From assembly GCA_021613535.1 (NCBI GenBank), contig CP075494.1, positions 9,796,001 through 9,860,000 of the forward strand: DNA of 64,000 bases. Reading direction: 5' to 3'. Within the stretch, counting starts at the first letter, position 1, and every line of letters starts with the position of its first letter. The notes beneath the pieces are model-generated. The model was not told where the DNA came from, did no database searches, and saw only the letters and a program-made list of their open reading frames with translations. This DNA is from Adineta vaga (Eukaryota > Animalia > Rotifera). Of the stretch, positions 1 through 10,896 are shown piece by piece. Position numbers and translations under genes: made by a program.

Positions 1-783
1 ACGTGGAACCATTTCAGGTTGATTAACATGAATACCTTCACTTTCTAACCATTCCTAAAGCAATAAGAAAATATTTATCATTATCTTTCTTTCATTCATT
101 TAATCTCTTACACGAGTAAATGCATCACAATCACAGATACGAAATACTTTCCCATAGATCGCTAAATTCTGTCCAAGATTCAGATCACGAAAATTATAGG
201 TTTCGCCATGATCATTTTTTGGAAAACGATGACGACGTATTAGTTTTCCTTGAGGAATACCACTATTTTCTTGAACTTCTTCAAAAATTTCTATACTATC
301 ATCTTCAAGATAATAGAATATTTTAATTGGTCGTACACGATAAAATTCATTGGGACTTTCAGGAATTGATTGTTTAAAGTATCCAAAAAAACGAAGAACT
401 TTTTTATCATATGCTAAAATAGCTGGAACAAAATTATCAGGATGTTGAACAACAACTTTGCCATAGACTAATTCCGGACGATAATTACGAAGAAGTTCTG
501 CTTCATCTTCACTCATTCGATTGTAATTAATACGTGCTCCGCCTATTAAATGTCGATGCAATCAATCAATCAATATATATATATACAAAGATTTGATATA
601 CCTAATCCAACTTCAGGCCATTTGGCGACTCGATGTCCATTCTTAATTTCAAGTGTATGACTTACATTATGATTTGTTTGCTAGATAATATCAATATTTA
701 TTTAGATGTGTTAAGAAAAAGATAAATAGACATACTGTTGGATCAGAAAATGTATTTCCGGGTAAACGTGATAGACCTTCCAT
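1..783 (-). CDS. EFHC1: EF-hand domain-containing protein 1 (RIB72-like, DM10 domain), 5' part; gene runs off the window start
   Basis: Spliced N-terminus MEGLSRLPGNTFSDPT|QTNHNVSHTL...EVGL|GGARINYN, followed by DM10 sequence YDKKVLRFFGYF...YYLEDDSIEI...NSGIPQGKLIRRHR...CDCDAFTR. Confidence 0.92.
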
Positions 784-899
784 TTACGTTACAATCAACT
801 CAACACCGAGTTGTCAAGAACTATAGAAGAGAAGCAGTGTTGCTATTGACTGTCTTGTTCTTTTCTTTTTGATATGATGCGCGTGGTTTTTTCATCATC

Positions 900-912
900 G
901 TTACCTAGAAAC
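900..912. promoter_or_regulatory. RFX X-box upstream of EFHC1
   Basis: GTTACCTAGAAAC about 120 bp upstream of the EFHC1 ATG; fits the X-box imperfect palindrome. Confidence 0.6.
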
Positions 913-1496
913 AACCATGAACTACTCATTATTTTTCGTTCAACATATTTGAGAAACTACATTTTCATCCTTAGTTCTGCACACGAAGATCTAAATTAGA
1001 TACTCAGAAGAGCTGCATGAATAGATGTCGCAAATACATCTATTATTCTCTATTTTCATAATCAAGATATGATATAAATGAATCTTTCTTTTTAATCTCT
1101 AGCATTTTAGTAGTGATGAAATAAATTCACAAAAATGTGATTGAAAAAGCTCAGGAGATAAGTCACATATCTTTTCAATGATAAGTAGTGCCATCTATTA
1201 ATTAATTGAAAAATTCCTTATTTCCATCAATAATAATTTTGAAATCATTTTCTTTTCAAGAAAACTTTTATACTCTCTATTAGAAATTTTTTTTAGAAAT
1301 CTTCGTTTTTCTACATACATATATCTTGTTTATTCCAGTGATTACCGAAAAGAAATGACTAGTGAATAATAATAAAAACGTAGAGAAATAGACCTTTCGT
1401 AATTTTTCTTTTTTCCATAGTATGCAATTTAAACTGAAGGCAATATAAACTGTAAATATTTTTTCATTTTTAGATACATTAGAAAACAAAAACAAG

Positions 1497-1969
1497 ATGC
1501 AAATCTTCGTTCGTGGTGCCGCCGAACTCGTTCCGCTCGATCTCGAAAAAGATGATACAGTCCAAGATATTCGCGTATGTTCTTCATATTATTCTTCTTC
1601 AATGTTATTATTTTAGAATATTCATTTTAGGAATATATCGCTGATGAATATGATATTGATATGGATGAACTCGTTTTAAGTTACAATGGAACAGCCATGA
1701 ATGATGAACAAACTGTTGAACAACTTGGATTCATCTCTGGTGCAACACTTGATGCTACCGTGAAATTATTTGGTGGTAAAGTTCATGGTTCCTTAGCTCG
1801 TGCTGGTAAAGTCAAAGGTCAGACACCAAAAGTTGCCAAACAAGAAAAACGCAAGAAGAAAACCGGACGTGCTAAACGTCGTCTTCAATACAAACAACGT
1901 TTCGTTAACAAGGTTGCTGGATTCGGTCGTCGTCGTGGACCAAATTCAAATCAACCAGCTTCAACTTAA
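1497..1969 (+). CDS. FAU: Ubiquitin-like FUBI-ribosomal protein eS30 fusion
   Basis: Exons 1497-1574 (MQIFVRG...) and 1631-1969; LFGG|[19 protein letters not shown]...RRGPNSN. Confidence 0.97.
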
Positions 1970-2178
1970 ACATTCAAAAACAAAAAAGGAACAATAAAAT
2001 CTTCAATATCTCCTTATTCATCTTTCTACCTATTTGATTTTGAACATAAGGGGTTTGACAAAAAAAATGTTCTTTTGTTTTTGTTTCGAAATAAAAACAT
2101 ACTATCATTAACATCAGCAAATACAAAAATTTTGTCGTTTTCTTTTTCTTCTAATTTTCACTTTCTATAAAATATTAG

Positions 2179-2939
2179 ATGAATCAAAAGAAATCTATTT
2201 CAACATTAATTGTCCTTGGTTCTGGTAAGCGAGATTATTCCAAATTTCATCGTACACATATTCTCAAAAATAGGTGGACATACAACAGAAATGTTTCGAT
2301 TATTATCAGGTACTGATTTGAATGTTTATAAACCAAGACATTATACGATTGCATCAACGGATAAAATGAGTGCAAAGAAAATGAATGAATTTGAACAGAA
2401 TGTGAGCACAATTTCTTCTTTTTTGAAAATAATAATGGTGATAAATTACTTTTCTTAAGCAGACTTTAGAAGATATGAATGTTTCATTTATCAATCGTAG
2501 TCGTCATGTTGGTCAAAGTTATATTAGTTCAATATTTACTACACTTTGGGCATTTTTTACTGTTATCCCATTGGTTTATCGAATACGACCTAAACTAGTA
2601 AGTTTATCTCCTAGTTGTTACAATTAAATGATTTTATCTATCGATTAGATACTTGTGAATGGACCTGGCACATGTATTCCAATTGTTATAGCTAGTCTAT
2701 TATTATCAGTAATATTATTGATTTTCAAAGTAATTTATCTCTGTATATTTCTTTTTTCTTTGTAGTTTCTGTTTATTATACATCGTCCAAAGATTGTTTT
2801 TGTTGAAAGTATATGTCGTGCGCAAACTTTATCGTTGACTGGTAAAATTCTTCAATATTTACCTGTCAATATTCTTGTTCAATGGCCACAATTGACTGAA
2901 CGTTATCCAAAAACGCAATATATTGGACGACTTGTTTAA
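2179..2939 (+). CDS. ALG14: UDP-GlcNAc transferase subunit ALG14 (multi-exon)
   Basis: LIVLGSG|GHTTEM, RSRHVGQSY, NGPGTCIP, FVESICR, VQWPQL motifs across short introns. Confidence 0.93.
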
Positions 2940-3129
2940 TAAATTTTTAACTTTTTTTTTATTTATGTGCTATCGATAATGTTTATTTAATAAAGTTTAT
3001 TGTATTGCAAAATATGTATAATAATAATCATAGAAAGTTAATTCAAGCTATCACATCAGAAAAGAGCGTTTTTTTACATATCACACTGTTTTAAAAATGA
3101 CGAAGGATATTTTATATACAGAAATAATA

Positions 3130-3530
3130 ATCTTATTCCCAAACTTTCATTGGATACATTACGGGTTTCTTCTCGTAAATTCCGTGTCAACATGAGTCCT
3201 TCATCTCTTATTGAATTTAAATATTTGATTCATATAAATGGTCGATACGTATCGCAATTCCTTCTTCACATCTTCCAGAGTATCAATGTATCACTGAAGT
3301 AGAAGATAATCTAGTGGCAATATCTGGTTGATATACCTTGTAATAAATATCAGCTAAATCAGGATGCTGCGAATGGAGTGACTATAAGTCAATTGTTGTC
3401 AATCTTCTCTCATATTAGGAAAGTGGCTCTCATAATTACCTATGTTATTATGTGTTAGACCAATGCTATTGTTGTAGCACATTATAAAACTAGGATAATT
3501 GGATGGAAATGATTGTTTCTTGATCTATAT
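3130..3530 (-). pseudogene. Decayed TPR-repeat gene fragment, same repeat type as the ART-TPR gene at 52369-54705
   Basis: Minus strand reads IKKQSFPSNYPSFIMCYNNSIGLTHNNIGNYE, then frameshifts to PLS*YERRL...*SLHSQHPDLADIYY; matches the S-L-P-x-x-H-P-D-L-A-x-x-Y-N-N-I-G repeat. Confidence 0.7.
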
Positions 3531-3679
3531 TTTTATAAATGAAGTTAAAAAATTGTTTGAGGAAATTTGAATAGTATTACAACATATAAAAAATGAACAC
3601 ATGTTGAATTTTCATCCAGGTTTTACTACTTTGGAAAAAATTTTGTTGAATTCGTTGTTTGATAAAAATATCAGAGAAT

Positions 3680-3745
3680 CAGGGCTCCGCGTGGGATGGG
3701 ATGGGACTCTAAAAAAATTTCTGTCCCATCTCACGCGGAGCCCTG
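3680..3745. mobile_element. 66-bp hAT-type MITE
   Basis: 22-bp TIR CAGGGCTCCGCGTG(G/A)GATGGGA with 21/22 match; perfect 8-bp TSD CAGAGAAT at 3672-3679 and 3746-3753. Confidence 0.9.
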
Positions 3746-4445
3746 CAGAGAATTGTATATTATATGAATAAATTTACTAGAATTTACACACTATCCGTTT
3801 TTAACGTAAGATGGTCATAGTAGTTTGTCCGGTTTTCTATGTTTTGATAGATCTTCATTATCGATGATTAGACCATTAGAGATTGTTGATAATCTGATTA
3901 CCACTTTGTATTGTAACGTTTTGAAATCTGAATCACATGATTTTCTGAATAATAGTTATAGTTAATTTTGGTTAAGGTCACCTGTGTTCTTTGTTTTGTG
4001 AAAGTTGTGTGTATTCCACAAACATTATTGAGCAGAAATCTCAGTATGTGAAGTCAGCATTTTGTCCTACTAAAAATCCCTACGTATGCTTCTTCGGTGC
4101 AAACCAAAATTTACTTTTGTCTGAAGAATTGAAGATCAAGACGTTTTTCTTTCTTTCTTTTTTTATGATATTGTAAAGCACATGAGTAATAAATCAAAGA
4201 CTTAGGAAAGCTCAGACGACACAAAACAGTATTGACTTTCCTGTAACGTTTCTTTCTCTCCTATTTCTATGAAATGATGACTTTGAACAATCATATCCGA
4301 GCAAAATCAGACAATTTTCAAATGATTCAATATTCATCACAAGACATGCTAAGTCGTATAAATAATGTGTTCAAATCTCAGATCCTCAACAACGTTGATC
4401 GTCTTTGAGCTGGCCTCTTCTTTCTTCAATACAAAAAACCACAAC

Positions 4446-5195
4446 ATGTTTTTCTCCAAAATTATACTCGTCATCGTTATTTCATTTGCATTAGCTGATC
4501 ATCGATCGAAACATGATGACATGTGTCCATTCACACGAGATACTCTCTGTGTTAAGGATCTACTCATGACCATTGCAATTGTGGCACGAAGTGTCGATAG
4601 AACAGTAAATGAGATCGAAAGAAATATTCTCTTCAAATATCCAGAAATTGAAACACTCAATCGCTATATTAACTTTGAAATGAGTCACATTCAACCTGGT
4701 CTACCAACACCGCAGTTTCATGTCAGATTCTTCCAAATGAATAACATTGATAAGGTATGAAAGAGTCAAAAATTCGTCATATACTCTATGTTACCATCAT
4801 TGTTGTCATAGAGCTATCTGGTAAATCTTCTTCTAGAAGCACACAATGCTATAAGCTATTATTATAAATCCATTAATACAATTTTGGCTATGAAAGAGAT
4901 TACATCTTTCACAAGTGATTTATGGTTTGAACAAATTCGAAACAATCTTCGAGACGAAATGATTTGCCGATATCGAAATGTCTTAAGTGTATATTCAGAT
5001 GTATGGCCATCAATAAATGAAGTGAATGAAATTCAGTTTTCTCGACGAAAATATGCAAGTTCACCATCAATGGTGCATGATGTACATGCGATGATAGTAA
5101 TTCGATTGTTAAGATATTGGACGAATAAAATAAATGGTGTTTTAACGAATATGGAAAGTAAATACTATTCAAGAACAACGAAAACTAAGACATGA
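4446..5195 (+). CDS. Secreted helical protein, paralog A (230 aa); candidate long-chain helical cytokine
   Basis: Exons 4446-4754 and 4812-5195 (phase-0 intron); signal peptide MFFSKIILVIVISFALA; paralogous to 6958-7776 and 8610-9353; TATAAATA at 4357-4364. Confidence is for the gene model; function is inferred. Confidence 0.85.
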
Positions 5196-5301
5196 TTAAA
5201 AAGTTTGCTATTTTTTTTAATATGAATATCGATCGTCTTTTAAATAATAAATATCATTGATTCTGAACACTATTAATTCTCTTGTTGATTACTTAAAGAT
5301 A

Positions 5302-6220
5302 CAGGTTGATTCACTTATTTTTGCTCATTTTGCTTAGTCTACTTTGTTTCAGCAAACTTTCAAAACGTTTCTGTTTTTATATGGTTGGATAGAGCATCGA
5401 TTACTCTATCGAAACATATAGTTTTCATTTATACGTATTTGATTCTAGTCTGAAAATTTTATCAATCTCTAAGAAGTACTAAAAAAAAACTTTTGCAGAG
5501 CTATTTTCTTGAAAAAATCTATGTATTTTACCTTACAAATAATTTTTTATTCTTTACACTACCCTAGCCGTTTCAAAATTTATTTCGAAACATTTAAAGC
5601 AGTGAAAATATCGAAAAATGCTACTATTATTTAAGAACTTTGTTTTGGAACATTTTAAAGGATTTTCATAATATTTTAAATATTTGATCTAAATAAACAA
5701 TTTGACTTTTTTTACTATGTACAGTTTGTAGAGTTCGATGAGCTCTATCAAACTATGTAAAAATATTTAAAGTAAAAACTTTTCTCCAGTGCTGAATTAC
5801 AGACATCTCAACTCTGTGCACCAAACAGTGGATGAAGCTTTTAAAAATTGATTTAGCTGGATATCAAAAAGTTCGTATAACCCTTACTATTTAGTACTAA
5901 TAAATAGTATCTTTGACGAGCTTTCATTTAATATAAAATTCATTATATACTCTCTGAAGTAATATCAATTGCAACCGTATATTATATGCACATAGCATCG
6001 CAAAATCGTTAAAATAATGCAGGTTTTCAAAAAAAAATTTTCGTACTTTTTAAAGATTGAGAAAATTTTTGGATTGGAACCAAAGAAGAAAAAATGTTAA
6101 TTACTGTTTCGATAGAGTAATTGATGCTCTATCTAACTATATGAAAAAAGAAACGTTTTGACAGTTTGCTAAAACACAGTAAACAGAAGAAAAATGAGCA
6201 AAAATAAGTGAATCAACCTG
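5302..6220. mobile_element. Non-autonomous Tc1/mariner-like element with long TIRs
   Basis: TA|CAGGTTGATTCACTTATTTTTGCTCATTTT ... AAAATGAGCAAAAATAAGTGAATCAACCTG|TA; inverted similarity is clear for about 115 bp and patchy to about 200 bp; no ORF in the track. Confidence 0.88.
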
Positions 6221-6957
6221 TATATGTGAACACTTCTTGAATAGATCTAAAAGAAAACGTGTTCGTTCTCACTCATCAAATAGTATTTTGACTTTATTTG
6301 TATCGTAAACATATCATTTGCATACTGTATACATCATTTAAAAGAAGTAGATTATCAAACATGTGGAATCTGCAATTGCTGAATTTTCACAACAATAAAC
6401 ACTGTAATCAATATCTATGCGTTTTTATTCAGTATATGTTTCTGGACAGATATAACGTACAAGTGTTACATATATGAAACCACGGATGAAAATCTCAAAA
6501 AAAACGCTCTGTAGAGAACCCGTCGCTCATCGATCATTTCTGATGTTCATTTAAATTTCAAAGTCTAATGTCTCATCTACACACACATCTGTTACTTCAT
6601 CTACGTCATAAGCATATATTCAATAGTGAGTACTGCCGATATATGTCAGCAATTCTAAGTCATAAATATTTGTTTTCAATGACGCGTTGTTCATAGCTCA
6701 TAGACTATGATATTGGAATAATCCTATATAAAAAAATCCAAGATGATGACGATTATTGTATATGTTTGCTTTGTTGTCGAGTAGATATTTTGAGGGAAAA
6801 CATCACGTACAGATCGTCTGAGAAATATACTATTTAAACGGCAGTTTGCCGTCATAATCTTCACACATCTTAGTTTTTCTACTTTCAACGTTGATCGTTG
6901 TGAATCTTACGAGCTGGTCTCAATCTTTCAAAGTTTCACAAACAAAAAAAAACCGAA

Positions 6958-7776
6958 ATGACTGCTAATTCAGTTCTTTCTATTTTAACCTTGGTTTTGA
7001 TATCACTTGGTATCGTACCTATATTTGGTTATCATCATAAGAAAACATCTGATGGCTTATGTCCTGAAATTCGTACCGTACTCTGTTTCAAAGATGTTGT
7101 TAATAATATTGCAAATAATGCAAAAGACATCAATAATGTTGCTCATCAGATTAAACAACAAGTAAGTTTTGTGTGAATAATTTTTCTTCGTATCAATGAA
7201 ATTCATATCTTATCGAATTCTAGATTAGAAAAGAATCATCACATTTAGATCTCGACGGATATATTGCACATAAAATGGACTCTTTACGAGACTTTTTACC
7301 ACAATCTAAATATCATCATCAATTTAAGAGTGTGCAGAATAATATCAATCGAGTATGTTTATCCAACTATGTTTATTCAAGTTAAACAGTTTTTTTTTCG
7401 TTTTTCATTTTAGACTGATCTTCTCAATCTATTAAAAGAACAAAATTTTGCTTATACATATTTATACAATTCGATAAAAAGTGTTCTCAAACTAGAGAAT
7501 ATCTTTGCTCCATCCATAGATAAATCTTTCAAAACAATTTTATATAATATTCAAAAGAATATTTTATGTAACTATCGAAACATTTTCTATACGTATTCCG
7601 AATTCGTTTCATCTGTTGATGATATTAGTGGAATACCAATAGCAAATAGACGGAAACGTCATGCACCATCAGTAATGCACAACTCATACTCAATGATTAT
7701 TGTTGAATTATTAAACGAATGGATGAAACATGTCGAAAGTTTTGTTAAGAATCTTGAAACTAAACTTTTACGTTGA
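6958..7776 (+). CDS. Secreted helical protein, divergent paralog B (231 aa); candidate long-chain helical cytokine
   Basis: Exons 6958-7161, 7224-7352, 7414-7776 (both introns phase 0); signal peptide; shares CPx6CxKD, CxYRN, RRK, PSxxH and LLxxW with paralogs A and C. Confidence 0.85.
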
Positions 7777-8609
7777 GCGTCCCAACAAAAATGCTGGCCA
7801 TTTTTTTATTGTTTTGATTTATTTCTTTTGCTTCTTTCATATAATAATTTCAATAAATATTTTATTAATCCATGGGCGAGACTTGTTATATGAATGCTTT
7901 TAATTTGTAGTTAGTTTTGAATAATAATAATGAGGAGAAGAGTTACTGATATTTGTCTTTCCTTATTGATCTATTACTTGCATATGATGTTAGTAAGAAA
8001 ATCTTTGAGAAATATTTTTCAAAACTAATAAAATTCAATCTAATAATTTTCAGTCAATTTTATATACTTTTTCAGTTTTAGCCTAAGATGATGATGTTAG
8101 GAAGAACTCTACCACTTTTCGTTTCTAAGCTATTGATGATAATTACGAATTTCTACATGTCTGCAACCTACACAATATGGATGGTTTGAAGAAAATAATA
8201 TAAATTCCACTGAACAGCGTCACAAAGTCAATATTCGCCTATACTAGGAAATTATCATATATATCATCTGCCTACAATATGAACTTTCAAGAGAATGCCA
8301 TTCTTTTATCCTTATATCATGATATCAATGAACATATGAACATTGACAATAAAGCAAAACTCATGAAAAATATAAAAAAACATCCAATAAAAAAATCAGC
8401 TTTGTTGGAATATCCTATATTCCTTTTCCAACTAGATTATGATCATTCTGAACGGTTTTATGAGTATAAAATCAGACCTTTTCACATGATTATAATTTTT
8501 TCACAATACGGATATAAGCATATAAAAGCCTCTCTCAAGCTTCATACTTCCAACAACATTGATCGTCTTCGAGCTGGCCTCTTCTTTCTTCAATACAAAA
8601 AACCACAAC

Positions 8610-9353
8610 ATGTTTTTCTCCAAAATTATACTCGTCATCGTCATTTCATTTGCATTAGCTGATCATCGATCGAAACATGATGACATGTGTCCATTCACAC
8701 GAGATACTCTCTGTGTTAAGGATCTACTCATGACCATTGCAATTGTGGCACGAAGTGTCAATCGAACAGCAAATGAGATCGAAAGAAACATTCTCTTCAA
8801 ATATCAAGAAATTGAAACACTCAATCGCTATATTAACTATGAAATGGGTATCATTCAATCTGATCTACCAACACCGCAGCTTCATGTCAAATTTTTTCAA
8901 GTCAGCAATATCGAAAGGGTATAGGAAAATTTAAAGTTCATTTACTCGAATCTGTTATTGTAGAATTATTTAGGTGATCTGATGTTGGAAGCACACAATG
9001 CTTTGAGCTATTATTACAAATCTATCAAGGGAATCTTGATTCTGAGAGATATCGCATCGTTCACAAGTGATTTATGGTTTGAACAGATCGAAAACAATCT
9101 TCGATATGAAATGATTTGCCGATATCGAAATGTCTTAAGTGTGTATTCACGTGTATGGCCATCAATAAATGAAGTGAATGAAATTCAGTTTTCTCGACGA
9201 AAATATGCAAGTTCACCATCAATGGTACATGATGTTCATGCAATGGTAGTAATTCGCTTATTACGCGAATGGATGCGTAAAATATATGCAGTGTTGATGA
9301 ATGTAGAAGCGAAATACTATCCGATTTTGATGACAGCAAAACCGTCGGCATAA
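8610..9353 (+). CDS. Secreted helical protein, paralog C (232 aa); candidate long-chain helical cytokine
   Basis: Exons 8610-8918 and 8964-9353 (phase-0, 45-nt intron); near-identical to paralog A in patches; TATAAAA at 8521-8527. Confidence 0.85.
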
Positions 9354-9521
9354 ACTGAACAGTCTTATTATTTAATCTGGAAACATTTTTTTTTTCTGAA
9401 CCAATCATTTATCAAAATCTCATATTAATAAAATAATCAAGAAAGCAAATTGAAATGACACACGACGTTCATCTTTTGAAATTCATTTGATTACAACAAA
9501 GACAGATCGTTATGATTATTA

Positions 9522-10525
9522 TTATGAGTTGAGACCATATAATAGAAAATCCATTAAATAAATTTCTTGTGGTTTCATGTAATGATATGAAACACTTCGA
9601 TCACTGCAACAGTTGTAATGCTAGATACATAATTTATTTTTTAGAAAAAATGAAAAAATATTTCATTCTCTTACTTTTTTCAATGGATTTTCTGCATAGG
9701 TTTTCAACCATTTTGGAAATAAACCAAGAAAATGTGCACTAAAAGATAATGGATGAAACAAATCACGATTCTCTTCATCTGTTGATCTGCCCACATAAAC
9801 ACCATGTTCTCGTAGACATTTAGCGATTTCAATATCTTCCATTCCACCATCTTTACGACAGGTTTTATTATCAGAATTCTGATGAGCTTGATAGAAACGT
9901 TTCAATGCTTCACGACTTAATACATAGGATGCTCCACCAGAATGATAACCATTATCTACAAGAACCTAAAAGAAATGAAAAAGATGTTTTTAAAGATCAA
10001 TTTTCGAAAGATATTTACCTTAAAATTATATCCAAATGTAACCGGTTCTGATGGATCTTGTAATTTTAGAAATTCTTTTAAATATTCCACAATTAAATAT
10101 GTATCATCATCTGCTTTTACAAACCAATCAAATGCATGAAAATAATTCTTATAAGCAAACAAGAATGCTAATACAGTTTTTTCTGTTAAATGTTGATAGC
10201 CAGGTTGAATATTATCAATAGGTGCAATTGGTATTCGTTTAGCAAATTGTTTTTGTTTGTATGTCATGTTTTTGTGTGCATATTCACTTATAAAAAACAA
10301 TCCATCACAACGTAGTCCCCATGTTGAGTTTATTGCTCGTGCACGTGTAAAAAAATATTTCGGTGAAGTTAATACTAAACAACATATACTTCCTGATCTG
10401 TTTGAATAAGTATCGAATGTGTCATCATCAAAATCGTTTCCAAAATTGATCTTTATGATTATGATCAATGCTATAATAAGGCAAAATACAATTGTCGTCC
10501 GAAAAATTTGATGTATTGTAATCAT
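9522..10525 (-). CDS. C1GALT1: Core 1 beta-1,3-galactosyltransferase (T-synthase)-like
   Basis: Type II TM anchor, TWGLRCD, DWFVKADDDTY, SGGASYVLSREAL, EDIEIAKCL, CCSDRSVSYHY. Confidence 0.9.
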
Positions 10526-10820
10526 AAGAAATATCAATTTTGTTCTGTTCGTTCTTTTGTTTTTTAATTCTTTTAAATATGTTATACATTTGAAAGGAAA
10601 TCCTAGCAAAACGCAATTGAAATGAGAAAATTTTGTTGAAATCGAATACGTTTGCTATGAGCGACATCTTTATATTGAGAAAAAAACATAAAAATATTTT
10701 ATTATTCTTTTTTATGAAATTAAACCAAATTTTTACTTATTGTCTTATTTCGGAGATATGTTTAAAAACGATAAATGATTTCTTAAAGGTACTGCTTTGA
10801 CAAATAATTCGTTCATGGCT

Positions 10821-10833
10821 GTTACATAGCATC
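10821..10833. promoter_or_regulatory. X-box-like site upstream of IFT122
   Basis: GTTACATAGCATC about 65 bp before the ATG; degenerate match. Confidence 0.4.
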
Positions 10834-10896
10834 TCCTTTGCTGAATCGTTACTATCGTAGTAGATCTATATACATTAGACATTATTCTTCATATCA

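Noticed and set aside
4200-4275. STAT-like sites upstream of paralog A (TTCTATGAA at 4265-4273, TTCCTGTAA)
   Set aside because: Expected by chance in AT-rich DNA and not at matching positions in B or C
8279-8662. 127-aa ORF overlapping paralog C, and the upstream extensions of the A and C ORFs (4365, 8559)
   Set aside because: They run through the TATA box or 5'UTR; the ATGs at 4446 and 8610 give clean signal peptides
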